NCBI RefSeq assembly: GCF_000143415.4
Contig: NW_003314311.1
Coordinates: forward strand, 416,181-480,180
Source of the DNA: Selaginella moellendorffii
Lineage: Eukaryota; Plantae; Lycopodiophyta
Reading direction: 5' to 3'
Length of the DNA stretch: 64,000 nt
Shown here: positions 1-15,475 of the stretch, piece after piece
Numbering within the stretch: the stretch's first letter is position 1
How the letters are laid out: every line of letters starts with the position of its first letter
The notes under the pieces: model-generated
What the model was told of the DNA's origin: nothing
What the model saw: only the letters and a program-made list of their open reading frames with translations
Databases searched by the model: none
Translations under genes and position numbers: made by a program

Positions 1-2200
1 AAAAGGGCAACTGATTGCAGTGCTCTTGGCTCATGTGCAGCGGTGCCCCACTTGAATACCTTGTGGCTCATTAGTCCTCGCCCTTCCTAGGGGCTTGGAC
101 CTTTGCTTTGGGATGGAAGTGGGGGGGTAAAGGTACCCATATTGGGCCGTTAGGCCGCGGTGTTTCGCCTCAATGTCCCGAAGTAAGTGTTGCACCCAAG
201 GCTTAGGATTTAGAGGGTCCCATGATCAAGTTTTGTTGTACCAAGGGATGTTAGGAACTTGGAGGCTTGGTATGCTTAGCTGTTTGTGCCTGCGGGGAGT
301 GTAGCCGAACCTTAAGTCTAGTCTAACCCGGGGAGGGGGATTGGGAAAGATTTAGGAATCCGTAGATGGATAGCTAACGCTCCGTTGCTCGTGCAGTGAG
401 TAGTTGAAACCAAGTAGGACCAAGTAGGAGCTGGTACAATAGGTGGGAACCTTGACAAGGGAACTTAGCTAAAGCCAAGGTAGTGTTGGTTGAATAGACG
501 AGGTAAGCTAGCAAATTGAAAAGGAAAACTTTGTGGCTTACAATTTGGTATTGGAGCCTTTTCCTCAGTTTTAGCAAAGGATAGAGGCGAATTGCAAAAG
601 CAGGGTGGAAACAAACCAAGGCGAAGATGGAACCTCCTCAAGAGCTGGAGCCTCTGGTTGAACAAAAGGCTATGGATGAGGAATCTTTGCATGAAGAGGA
701 CTCCAGTGAAGAAACTTCTAAATAGAGGTTTAATGATGAGATTCAGTCGTCCAAGGCTCGATTGGACATTCTAGAAAGACAATTGGCACAAACCAATACC
801 TTGCTGGAGATTCTCATATGCAAGCTAAAGCGTGACGAAAAGCAAAAGAGAAAGTGAAAGATTGCAGATGTTGGCAGCACAGAAGGTGCAGACCCTTCAG
901 CAAAACCAAACAAGGTCAAACAAACTGAAGTGGAATCAGTCCCTTAGGTAGTTCCCAAGTACAAACCAAAGTCCCCGCCGGTCTTCAAGGGAGTGAATGA
1001 CTATAAGGTGGTGGAGAATTAGTTTTATGATATGGAAGACTATTTCCGAGTATTGCAGTTACCGAGCTCGGAGAAGGTCCTATATGCAAAACCATACTTG
1101 GCAGATAATGCCAAGTCTTGGTGGAGAACAACAGATGCCAACGAAGGATCTGTGGCCACTTGGGAAATGATGAAGGCGAAAATCCGTGTGACTTATGTTC
1201 CTCCGAATGCTACTCTGCATCTAAGGGATGAATTGAGTAGGCTGAAGCAGACCAGAACCATTCAAGAGTATATGAATGGGTTTATGGCAAAGAGGATACT
1301 TGTCACAAATATGGGTGATATGAATGTGTTCCATGCCTTCATATTAGGCTTGCAAACTTGGGCTTGTGGTGAGGTGATGCGTTGAAACTCGACCAACTAC
1401 AAAGAAGCGTTGAATGCGGCTATCAAGGTGCATTTCAATGATAACTTGCAAAAGGAGAACACGATGGGGTCAGGGTCCATAATTAACAAAGGGGCCAAAC
1501 CAAAGGGAACATATAGCAAATGGAAATTCAAGAAGAGTTTTTCTAAAAATGAGTGTTTGGGGTTCCGGAAAGGCAAATCCGGTGGCCAGCGAGTAAATAC
1601 GTGGGGGAGTCAAGCAAAAAGAGACAAACCCATGGATAAAAAAGTCAAGTCTACTAGCAGCATGGGAAATAAATATAATACAATTGTAGTGAAGCGAGAC
1701 ACTTTTCGATGGAATGTTCCTACCCAAAGAAGGCTAAAGCAAATATAACCATTAAGTCGAGTGAAATCCAAATTAAGGTATGTGATTCAATCCCTAGCTC
1801 AAAATTACTCATTACACGAGCAACTTTGGTAGAAAGTCGTTTACGACATCTACTAACCCTTCGAAGGAAGCTCGGAGGTAACTTTGTTAATATCCTTATT
1901 GACACAAGTGCTTTGGATAATTTTGTGGCTGCAAACATAATCTAGCAAGCTAGACTAACGGTGCAGCGGCTGAGTGAACCAAAGACGATAGAGTTTGTTT
2001 AAGGTAGCCAAAACATTGATGAAATACTTTGACAAGCGAAAATCAAAGTAGGGATATAGAAAATACACATGGATTTCACCATGTTTGACATGGCGGGATT
2101 TGACGTAATCTTTGGGATTGATTAATTCAATCAGTTTGTAATAGCCCTTCATGGACAAGGGAAGAACCTTGTGATACTGACGAATGCCTCTAAGTTATAG
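1..2200 (+). mobile_element. Degenerate Ty3/Gypsy LTR retrotransposon, 5' part (LTR, PBS, gag, zinc knuckle, protease)
   Basis: LTR-like end ...CTTACA at ~542 followed by TGGTATTGGAGC (variant of the tRNA-iMet PBS TGGTATCAGAGC). Retrotrans_gag-like ORF at 1032-1385 (LADNAKSWW...TWEMMK...LKQTRTIQEY). CCHC remnant YNCSEARHFSMEC at ~1680-1720. Protease remnants ILIDTSALDNF and GFDVIFGID. Many stops and frameshifts. Confidence 0.85.
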
Positions 2201-2345
2201 TTAAGACATTCATGTTTGGTCAAGAGAATGTTTTTCAATTGTGGAGTTGATTAAACAGCAAACATAACTAATCTCAACAAACCTCTTGAAATCATTAAAT
2301 TTGCCAACCACCTAGCATAATTTAAGTATAAAGCAAATCTAATAA

Positions 2346-2392
2346 TTTCCCGCCATATTGGTTATTCCCGCCATTTTCTGGGTCTAGGGTTT
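2346..2392 (+). promoter_or_regulatory. Two E2F-type sites and a telo-box upstream of MCM5
   Basis: TTTCCCGCCA at 2346-2355, ATTCCCGCCA at 2364-2373 and TAGGGTTT at 2385-2392, all within 55 nt of the MCM5 ATG. E2F control of MCM genes is established. Confidence 0.75.
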
Positions 2393-2399
2393 CTCCCAA

Positions 2400-5541
<3,142 letters not shown>

Positions 5542-5647
5542 AAACCAGCGGTCTCTCGTGAAGATTACAAGGCTCTTTACAATCGTCGTTTACAGACAGA
5601 GTGATAAGAACTTGTCCAGCAAGTCTTTCAGACAAGTTTTTCTCGGC

Positions 5648-7468
5648 TCATCTCTTGGGCGTAGTGCGAGGCCACCGCTTTGATCTCGAGGACGCGTAAA
5701 CTTCGGCCAGAAGAATTTGCGAGGCACCATTCTCGGGGTCGGCATCCATAAGCTCCTGCGACGCTCTCTGGGCTCTCTCGACGTCGTGGTGGAGTCGACA
5801 AGCGTTTAGCAGCGCTCCCCAGACCAATCCATCCGGGTGGTAAGGCATGGTATCGATCAGATCCTCGGCATTCTTAAGCTGGCTCGAGCGTCCGAGGATA
5901 TCAACCATGCAACAGTAGTGCTCAAACTTTGGATCCAAGCCATGGTCCGTGATCATCGACCGGAAGAAATTTATCCCGGTTTCCAAAAGACCAACGTGGT
6001 TGCAAGCCATCAAGACGCTCAAGAACGCTCCCTCGTCGCTCTCAAGGCCCTCCATTTGGAGCTCGAGCATATTCCCAATGGCCACTTTGCGGCGTCCAGT
6101 GTGAGCGTGCATGGAAATCACGGCCGTCCATGCCACGGAATCTTTCTCGGGCATCCTCTCGAAGATGGAATCGGCCCCTTCCCAGTCCCCGCTCTGGGAA
6201 TATGCCGCCATCAGCGTCGTCCACGTCACCACGTCCCACTCGGGCATCCTGTCGAAGATTCCCTTCGCACCGTCAAGATGCCCGTGCTCGGCATATGCTG
6301 AAAGCATGGCATTCCACGTCAGCAGATGCTGGCGGGGGATATCCCCAAAGACGTGGTTTGCGGCATCGAGATCCCCGCGTTCGGAATATACGGATATCAT
6401 TCCCGCCCATGACACGTCAGTCTTTACGTGCATCCGATCGAATATTAATTTAGCATCTTCCAGATGCCCACTCTGGGCATAAGCGTGGAGCATCGTGGTA
6501 CATGATACTACGTCCCACTTTGGCATCCTCTCAAACACCCTCTTGGCTTCTTCCACGTGTCCCTTCTCTACAAATATCTGTAGAAACGAGTTCCACGTTA
6601 CCATTGTACGCTCGGGCATATTCTCAAATACCTTCTTGGCTTTGTCTGTTTGCCCGGCCTCGGCAAGTGCGACAAGAAGAGTCGTCCACGAGATGACGTC
6701 ATGGTCAGGCATCGCATGGAATATCTTTTCGGCCTCTTGGATATTCCCGCCTCGCGAATGTGCCTGGAGCATTGCGTTCCACGAGACTATGTTCCACTCG
6801 GGCATCCTATCGAAGATTCTCTTTGCTAAATCAAAATGCCCAGCTTCAGTATATGCCACAAGCATGGCCGTCCAAGATACCATATTCTTCTGGGGCATAT
6901 TCTCGAACACGTCCAGGGCTCGATCCAGGTGGCCACCCTGCGCAAACGCCTGCAGCATAGCCGTACTTGTGACCACATTGTGCTCAGGCATGGTGTCGTA
7001 CAATCCCTTGGCGAGCTCCAGATGCCCATTCTGGGTATATGCCGCCAACATGGCATTCCACGTCACCATATCCGGTTGGGGCATCCTGTCAAACAGCTCC
7101 TTCCCGGAGTCCACGTGGCCAGCCTGTCCAAACGCAGTGATGATCGTGTTCCACGTCACCGCATTCCGGGCGGGCATGGAATCGAACAGCCACTTAGCCT
7201 CGTCGAGATTCCCATTCTCGGTATATGCCTCGAGCATAATCGTCCACGAGTAAATATTTGGTCGGGGCATGGAATCGAACACGCGACGGGCGTCGTGTGG
7301 GTGGCCACACTTACCGTACATTTGAACGAGAAGATTGGCGAGGTAGACATTGTGGCGTATGAGCGTATGGCTACGGACTAGAGAATGAAGCCTCTGGGCA
7401 TTGGTTAAATCTTTGTGGCTGCCGCATTGCCTGATGCTAGAGGCGAGCTCTTCTTCCAGCTCTAACAT
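5648..7468 (-). CDS. PLS-class pentatricopeptide repeat protein with E domain, no DYW (probable organellar RNA-editing specificity factor)
   Basis: Intronless 606-aa ORF made of ~31-aa repeats (xVxWNAMLxAYxxxGHLxxAKxIFDRMP), then the terminal PLS triplet (HYCCMVDILGR) and E motif (WGALLNACRLH...ASQILLAEVYA). Confidence 0.93.
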   Translation of the reverse strand: MLELEEELASSIRQCGSHKDLTNAQRLHSLVRSHTLIRHNVYLANLLVQMYGKCGHPHDARRVFDSMPRPNIYSWTIMLEAYTENGNLDEAKWLFDSMPARNAVTWNTIITAFGQAGHVDSGKELFDRMPQPDMVTWNAMLAAYTQNGHLELAKGLYDTMPEHNVVTSTAMLQAFAQGGHLDRALDVFENMPQKNMVSWTAMLVAYTEAGHFDLAKRIFDRMPEWNIVSWNAMLQAHSRGGNIQEAEKIFHAMPDHDVISWTTLLVALAEAGQTDKAKKVFENMPERTMVTWNSFLQIFVEKGHVEEAKRVFERMPKWDVVSCTTMLHAYAQSGHLEDAKLIFDRMHVKTDVSWAGMISVYSERGDLDAANHVFGDIPRQHLLTWNAMLSAYAEHGHLDGAKGIFDRMPEWDVVTWTTLMAAYSQSGDWEGADSIFERMPEKDSVAWTAVISMHAHTGRRKVAIGNMLELQMEGLESDEGAFLSVLMACNHVGLLETGINFFRSMITDHGLDPKFEHYCCMVDILGRSSQLKNAEDLIDTMPYHPDGLVWGALLNACRLHHDVERAQRASQELMDADPENGASQILLAEVYASSRSKRWPRTTPKR

Positions 7469-7757
7469 ATACTTTTAGGGTTTCTGCGTGGTAAAGAAAT
7501 TTGACTTTTTACCAGACGTTATCCGGCCGACTTAACCTTAGCCGCCAAAACTCGCCACGTCAGAGCCTCGAGAAAAAAACCCTTCTCTTTGTCATGCCTC
7601 TCTAAAGAACAAATGGCGTCTAGGGTTAGAAGGAAGCAGCGGTAGAAGGCGCTATGCTTGATCGTGCTCTGGCGGTCGCGTTGCGCGTGTTGGAGGTGTG
7701 ATTCCCAGGCGAGCATCAGATTGCCGGAGCGAAGCCCTGTTTGATCGCGAGGTCTAG

Positions 7758-10700
7758 ATGTTTCGGCGCTATGCAGTGGCAGCGGTCCGGCGGCGACGGC
7801 AGCACCTGATAAAGGTATGGCGCTGGATTTCCAGCTCGAAGTCTCGTGCTGAGGCTGGGGATTTTTCAAGGTTTTTGAGGATTTGGCTTGCTCTGGACGC
7901 GCATTCTCGGCCGATGCCGCCAGCGCGCCCTCATGCAGCTATCGGGAAGGGTTGGAGAAGCGATTCGTATCAGATTCCAGGTTTTCTAAGCTTTTGGTGG
8001 ACTTGGAGAAAAGATCTCTTGCCAAGCTAGGCAACAAGCCTTTGTCAGCCACTTTGCAAGGTGCTGCTCCGCGGAGAACGATTCTCAAAAGACAGTTTTG
8101 TTCCGAAGCTCCGAAAAACAAAGGTATGCTCCCTTTTTTTTTTGTGAAACAATGTGGTCTAATGTTATGTAAACTATTAGGATATGAGAACTATCATCCT
8201 AAGAACAAGAAAGATCTTCCAAAGGGTCGTGCTGAACAAAGAGCAGAGCAAAAACATGGTGCTGTTTTCTTTTTTGATCTTTTCTTTTCTTTTCTGACAG
8301 AATTCTTGTCTTGCGCAGAGGATCCCAAGAATGAGGGTGATAAAGGTTTCAAGGAGGTATCTAAGGCCCAACTGCAGTCTTATATTTCAACAGCGATAGG
8401 TCTTGCGATTCTTCTCAGCTCATTATCTGTGAGGTTCAACGGTACGCGCCAGGTAAAGTTTCGATTGCTTTCAGTCATAAGGAAAATGTTCTAACTATCA
8501 ACACTTCGCAGCAGATCAGCTTCCAGGAGTTCAAAAACAAGCTTCTGGAGACTGGTCTCGTTGATCACATAGAGGTTGTGAATAAGGCGGTCGCAAGAGT
8601 ATATGTTCGCGAGACGCCAGTAGCTCAAGGTCAACAAACTCAACCTCAATCACCGTCTATTGATGAGGACTCGTCTGAGTTTCAAACAGATACCGGTTCA
8701 AGCACACAAGCTCCCGCTCGGGTCTATAGTACGCCGAAGTATTACATAAACATCGGGAGTGTGGAATCCTTTGAGCGAAAGCTAGAAGAGGCGCAGGCTG
8801 CTGCCGGAAAAGATCCCCATGACTTTGTTCCTGTTATCTATGTTTCGGAGGTCAGCTGGCTCCAGGAGCTTTCTAGCATGGCTCCTACGCTTCTTTTGAT
8901 CGCTGGGATATTCTACTTGACGCGCCGACTTCAAGGTGGACTTGGTATTGGCGGTGGTCCTGGAGGCATGGGTGGCCGTGGGATTTTCAACGTCGGAAAA
9001 GCCCACGTCACTAAGATCAACAAAAATGCCAAGGACAAGGTATGTAGCTACAGTTACTTTTTTTCTAGCGGTTTATCAATTGTGCCTGAAATTTGCAGGT
9101 CACTTTCAATGATGTCGCTGGTTGTGACGAAGCCAAGGAAGAGGTTATGGAATTTGTCCACTTCCTGAAGAATCCCAAGAAGTACGAAGAACTTGGCGCC
9201 AAGATACCAAAGGGAGCACTGCTTGTTGGACCACCCGGAACTGGAAAAACTTTACTCGCAAAGGCAACGGCTGGAGAAGCATCCGTGCCTTTCCTTTCCA
9301 TCAGCGGTTCCGACTTCATGGAGATGTTCGTTGGCGTTGGTCCGTCCAGGGTGAGGGACCTGTTCGCTCAAGCTCGGCAGTGTGCTCCCAGTATAATATT
9401 CATCGACGAGATCGACGCGATCGGAAGAGCAAGAGGCCGTGGCGGTTTTGCTGGAGCAAATGACGAGCGTGAGAGCACGTTGAACCAGCTTCTCGTAGAA
9501 ATGGATGGTTTTGCGACGACAGCGGGGGTGGTGGTTCTAGCTGGCACCAACAGGCCAGATATCCTTGACAAGGCGCTTTTGAGGCCTGGACGATTCGATC
9601 GACAGATAGCTCTTGACAAGCCAGACGCCAAAGGCCGGGAACAGATTTTCCGAATCTATCTCAAGAAACTTAAGCTAGATCAGGATCCGGAGCAGTTCGT
9701 GGGAGACTTGGCAAGAATTACCGTGGGATTTTCAGGGGCTGATATTGCAAACGTCTGCAATGAGGCTGCTCTTTGCGCCGCAAGAGAGGAGCACAAAGTG
9801 ATCTCGATGAAGGACTTCGAGGCAGCTATCGACAGGGTTCTTGGTGGAATGGAGAAGAAGAACAAGGTAAGTTTAAGTGGTATCTTCTTTTCTTCATACT
9901 TACAACATTGGATTTCTAGGTGATAAGCCCCGAGGAAAGGAGAACAGTTGCGTACCACGAGGCAGGACATGCAGTTGCGGGCTGGTTTCTGGAGCATGCG
10001 GAGCCTCTGATCAAGGTGTCGATCGTTCCTCGTGGCTCAGCGGCTTTGGGTTTCGCGCAGTACTTTCCAAACGAGAACTTGCTGATGACGAAAGAGCAAA
10101 TGCTAGACATGACTTGCATGGCTCTTGGTGGCCGTGCTGCTGAACAGGTAAAAAACCTTGCTCTTTTCTTGAGTTCCATCGTTCTTTCTTCTTCCTCTTT
10201 CTTCATCCCTTTGGTTCTTCTTTCTTGAGTCTCATTGTGTTAGAAAAGTCAACTTTTTCTACCTTTTTGGTGGTCATTTCTTACCTTTGGTTTCCAGGTC
10301 ATGCTCGGGAAAATCTCGACCGGAGCGCAAAACGACCTGGAGAGAGTGACGAGGCTAACTTACGCCCAGGTGGCCGTGTATGGATTCAGCGAAAAGGTGG
10401 GCCTTCTATCCTTCCCCCAGAAAGAGGACGGCATGGAGCTGTCCAAGCCATACAGCAACGAGACCGGCGAGCTCATCGACCGGGAGGTCCGGGAATGGAC
10501 AGACCGGGCCTACAAGAGAACCGTGGCGCTGCTGGAAGAGCACAAGGAGGGCCTGGAGAAGCTCGCGCAGCAGCTCCTGGCGCGAGAGGTTCTCCACTAC
10601 AACGATCTGGTGGAAGTTCTTGGGCCGAGGCCGTTCAAGACCGCCGAGTCCGGCCAGTTGGATCGAATCAGGCAGAGGTTCCAGGGAGGAGATGGAGACT

Positions 10701-10789
10701 GTGAGAAAAAAAGTGAGGAGAAGAGTGAGGAAAAGAGTGAGGAGGAGGAAAGAGTCGTGGATGATGGTCCAACTCCAGCGCTAGCTTGA
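7758..10789 (+). CDS. FTSH3: Mitochondrial m-AAA metalloprotease, FtsH3/FtsH10 (AFG3-like)
   Basis: Arg-rich presequence [16 protein letters not shown] followed by an intron at ~7815. [31 protein letters not shown], Walker A GPPGTGKT, Walker [30 protein letters not shown], Zn site [18 protein letters not shown]3 and FTSH10 cannot be distinguished. Confidence 0.93.
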
Positions 10790-11160
10790 GAGAGGTCAAG
10801 TAGAGAGAGCTCTAGTGTCTCCTTTTCTTTTTGGTTTCTTCTTGGCTTTTGTATGTTTATGCGCGTTCTAAATAAGCGCTACTGTGTGTGTTGTGTTGCA
10901 AGAGAGAGGGAGCTTTGACAAGACCATGAAGAAAAAAGAAGTTTCCATGAATTAAAAAAACTTTGACCATAGGGTGATAAATATCTCTACTTTTATTTAA
11001 AACCATTCCAGAGTTGGTAAGGGTTTAAGCTTTAAAGCACAAAATATACTTAGAATATACTCTTCTCAAATTTCCATGGTTTTTTTAGACTTTATACAGG
11101 GTTGTACAGGAGGACAGTGTTAGAGTTCTTTTACCATGTACAAAAATTAGCGATCTTCTT

Positions 11161-12665
11161 TCAGCAAGCTTCCATTTTCATGGCCAGCGGGAGCGCGTCT
11201 CCAAGTTCTTGTTTCACCACGATCATCTACAAACGAAGGAAAGTTGAGCTGGGAGATCGAAAGACCTGAGAAGACTCACATTGCCAGTGTCGAGCTTGCG
11301 TGGGAGCTTCAAGACGATGCTCCCGTGGTCGTGCCCGTCCATGAGCATCCTTCCAATCTTCGACTTCCACTCCGCGGCCTCGTCCTCGCTCTTGTAGTCG
11401 TGGAGGACTCGGTCACAGAAGCTGAGCAGCGATCCAATGCCGGTGTTTGGCGTCCAGCCATAGTCTTCCAGCACCCGAGCTTCTTCCGGAAGCAAATCCT
11501 TGCCAGCCTGAAACGTTCCTCGAGTTATCAAAACGTCCCGCGTGTTACCAAACTTCTTCTCAAAACCAAAAAAGATTCAAATCCAAGTACCTCCAGTGGC
11601 CGATTCTCCAGTAGCGCAGCTCTGCAGTTGCAAACGCAGCTCATCACCTTGATGAGGCGATCGACTTGCCATTTCACTGGCAAGGACTGAACTAACTCGA
11701 AAAAGTACGTCGCGAAGCCGTATTCCGGGCGCTCCACCACAATCCTGTACAGCGACGAGTTGTTTTGAGGAGTCCATGAAATGAAGTAAGCTTGCCTGTT
11801 GTGCTTTTCGAAAACAAAAAGAAAAGCATTCAGCGCTCGACACCAGCCCCATCGCACGGGCCACTTTCGCTGCTTGAGAAGCCTAGTCTGCATACAACCA
11901 TGTTGATTAGATGGAAACAAACTAACAAAGAAACAAAAACTCGGGATAAAAACAAACTTGCCTGCTCGATCAGGGTCACTAAACAAGCCAAGCAATAGTG
12001 AGGCTTCGACGAGTTTGCCATTTGTACCCGCGAGCGGTGTTCCTTGAGCAACTGAGATGAAGTTCCCCAAAGCTGTCCTCACGATCTTGGTTAGCGGCCA
12101 AAGAGAAAAATACAAACTCAGAAGCACCTTCCCAACAACGCTTGTTAAGTCACTGAAGCTTTCGGTCTGCGAAGTATTTCCATCTCCCTCTTCCCATACA
12201 TTCGTAATGATGTCCATGCCATCGAGCAGTCCTCTTTCCTCAAGTAGCTACAAGACGCGGCATTTCAGAGATGAGGGAACACAAAAGCTTTACCTCAAAA
12301 AGCCCGGGAGCATCCTCTTGGAGCGCAGATTGAACAACTCTGAAACAATAGCATGTCAGTGAAACAAGAATCAGCCAAAAGCTAGCATCTCACAATAATC
12401 TTTTGTCGAACACTTGAACTTCCTCCTTTTTCTTGACTTCATGCTTCATTTTGATGCGCTTCGCCAGCGGCATTTCTTCCAAAACTTCTCCATTGCTCAC
12501 GGCAACCAGCTCTGTGCTTTTCTCTGGTGCAGTTTCAGGGATAGGCTGCGCACACGGTGTCTGTAAAGTTTCACTAGAACTCTTACTACAAACGAAGAAA
12601 CAACGAGGCATACCTTCTGCTTGTCCATTTCTCGTTGCGTCCTCTTCAGCTCCGCCATCTGCCAT
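11161..12665 (-). CDS. Uncharacterised multi-exon plant protein with Cys motifs (CSIC..C; HYCLACL)
   Basis: Exons splice into MADGGAEE...LWGTSSQLLKEH...KPHYCLACLVTLIEQ|TRLLKQRKWPVRWGWCRAL|QAYFI...RIVVERPEYGFATYFFE...YGWTPNTGIGSLLSFCDRVLHD...EWKSKIGRMLMDG...MEAC*. Short introns with credible splice sites. Confidence 0.75.
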
Positions 12666-12873
12666 CAAACGTAAGAAACAGTGGCAAAGAAAAACCAGGC
12701 AAGACTGTAAAAGCAGGAGTCCAAGTAAAAGCTTCTTCAGCACTGGACGCCTTCATCCGGATGCAAGAATCGAACTTGCGGGAAGGGATGTTTTTCATCA
12801 TCCACGCGCTCCACCATGGAGCAAATCCGGAATTTACTAGCAACGAAGAACAAAGCTCACGCCAAGTTTTAGT

Positions 12874-13402
12874 TCAGAGAAGCACCTGAACTGCCAAATC
12901 GGTGCTAGCGCGCTCCAGTTGCTCCCTCTCAAGTCGAACCTCGCTTAGCTGCGACAAGGAAACTAAATTCATCCAAATGATCGATGGTAGTCATCTCTCA
13001 CCTCTGCCTCGGTCTTGGCCTGGAGAGCCGCAGCTTCTTTCTTCCAAGCTGCCACCAATCTCTTTTCCTCGGCCAAAGCTTTTGCTTCTTCTTTGAGCTC
13101 GTTGCTTCGTTTTGCCACTTGTGCTTCCATCATGGCACATCTCCTGCCCAAAAAGAACAAGAAAACGAACTCTCAGGGCAAGGAAAAAACTAAAGTCAGC
13201 TTGTTTACTTGGCACGATTCTTCAAATTCTCGGTGAGCTCCATGTAGAGCCGGTCAGTGATCTTCTCATCCTCGGCGATGATCTCGTCGAAACCATCGGA
13301 GGACTCTCCAGCGAACTGGTACCGGAAATTGTTCCTGTTGTAGCGATTCCCTCGGTGATGATGCTGCTGCTGATGGTGTTTCCTAGGCTCAGAGAACGAC
13401 AT
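12874..13402 (-). CDS. Small predicted coiled-coil protein, unknown function
   Basis: Three exon-like segments: MSFSEPRKHHQQQHHH...LKNRAK, CAMMEAQVAKRSNELKEEAKALAEEK...AKTEAE and LSEVRLEREQLERASTDLAVQVLL*, separated by T-rich GT-AG introns. Confidence 0.55.
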
Positions 13403-13586
13403 TCTTCCCTGCTCGAAATTCTACATCCCACTACTCATTGTTCCTCCGAATGCCGCCCTTCTGCTCGATCGATTCGAGCTGGATCCCAGGGCGCGCTCGT
13501 CCTGTCTTGCCCTACCCTCGAACCCTAAGCGCAAGAATATTCTTGCGACGAAAGTATAAAAAGCATCTTCTATGGATCATTTAAAA

Positions 13587-13645
13587 CACTCACGGTGGGA
13601 GTCGAACCCACAATCCCCTGACTAGAAGTCAGCCCGTTAGGGAGC
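13587..13645 (-). pseudogene. tRNA-Arg(UCU) pseudogene with deleted 5'/D-arm segments
   Basis: Minus strand reads GCTCCCTAACGGG CTGAC TTCTA GTCAG GGGATT GTGGG TTCGACT CCCAC CGTGAGTG TTTT. Anticodon arm, T-arm, 3' acceptor strand and T-run are intact; the 5' side is ~14 nt short. Confidence 0.75.
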
Positions 13646-13649
13646 TTAA

Positions 13650-15250
13650 TATTAGATGAAGTGCATTACCTTTAATAAAATACTTAAAGGAGACAAATCA
13701 CAGTAATAAAGGTGTACATTTTTTATCTATATTTAAAAAATGTAAACATAAAATTAATATGGTAAATAAATATATTATAAAATATGAAACTTATAATATA
13801 TTTTTTATTTATTGACATTGACTAAAAAATACATAAATAGTCATTTTATTATATAAATTATATACTTACTATTACCTAAACAAATTATTTAAAACTTCAT
13901 CACAAGCATGATTCACAATATATATTTAGCATTTGTGACCAAAAAAATATTTAATATATCATTTTAGAAATAATTAAAAATAAATCTTTACAGTGCTTAA
14001 ATTTAATATGTATAAATATCTAAGTAATGACATATTAAATTCCTTGTTGCATATTTCTCAGCCCCAACCATAGCTCCATACCCATGTTTCAAATATATCT
14101 TTTAGAAAGGAAAGAAAAAATTATCCTTTAGCTAGAATTAAAAAATAATTTATTTATTAAATATTTATTATAGTACATTGGATTTTTTTAAATTTTATTT
14201 AGACAAATTTGATATATTGATTCATAACCACTTTAGTAAAAAATAAATATTACTTATAATATAATTAAAAACGTTATAGCAGTTAAAACATTTTTAAGAT
14301 TAATTAAAATTAAAAACTTTATAAGTATGTTATCTATTTATCAATATAATTTAAAATACTCAATCTACATATGTACAATCATGTTTTATACTTATATATA
14401 TTTTTTAAATATATTCAAAAATATTTTGAATATTTTTTAATGATTTTTAGTATTAGTTTTAAATAAGGATTCAAAGAAAATAAGTGAATATAAACATATT
14501 TATTAATAAACGTTACCAATTTTAAATTAAAAATTAATATTTAATATTTAATATGGATATTATATATTTTCAAATGGCCATGAATTTGATATAATTAAAA
14601 ATTTTAATATAATATTGATCAGTATATATTTTATTTTTTAAACATAGTAAATTCTTACATAAATTAAATTATTTTGTTATGTAATTATATTATTATAATT
14701 TCCAATTATTAAATCTCATCATTATGTATTTCTTATATATTTCATTTTATATATCACAGTTTAACTTAAATTATTAACACACTAGTTTAGAAGGTAGATA
14801 TAGTTATTAAGGAAAATTTATTACAAAATTATAAATAATAGTTATAAATAGTTTTTTATTATTTATTATTTAATTTAATATTCATAAACTAAAAGCTAAA
14901 AAAATTGAAAAATTTTAAAAATTAATTAACATAGGAAAGGTTAATATTATTTAACAAAGATAATGCAAAGCTTTTAATACTAATAATAAAGTACAAAAAT
15001 CTACAATTTTTCTTTGATAAATATTGCTTATCATAATGAAATAAAAACTCTAAATACATAAGTTTATTATGAACTCATAAATATTGCTTATCACAAGTGT
15101 CATCCATATATTTTCAAGCTTAATGAAATCTCTTATAAATGGCAGGAGTACTTTAGTATTTAAATAATCACCTCACTTTGAAAAAAGAATAGTTTTCTTA
15201 ACTCCTCTAGAATCATTTTATAAGAGACATTCAAGAAGGCACAAAACTGT
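13650..15250. other. Extremely AT-rich non-coding island (probable decayed repeat)
   Basis: Abrupt composition shift, no ORF of 60 aa or more, small repeat ATAAATATTGCTTATCA at ~15017 and ~15077. Confidence 0.5.
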
Positions 15251-15475
15251 GTGAAAATCCGACCTGGTCTCAATGGAATGACAACTCCTTGCTAATGACA
15301 AATAAGTGATAAGTATTGCAGTGGAATCGAACACACGACCATGGCTACTTTTATCTTATCTTCGCCGCAGAAACGAACGGTAGAATACGCCGGTGAATAT
15401 TCCAGAATATGTGGTCGTGCGAAAAAAACAACTTTGTGTGGGGGGAGAGTTTTGATTGAGGTTTTAGGCGCGGGC

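Noticed and set aside
5837-7381. Multiple long plus-strand ORFs opposite the PPR gene
   Set aside because: Antisense shadows of a repetitive GC-rich CDS; no independent motifs.
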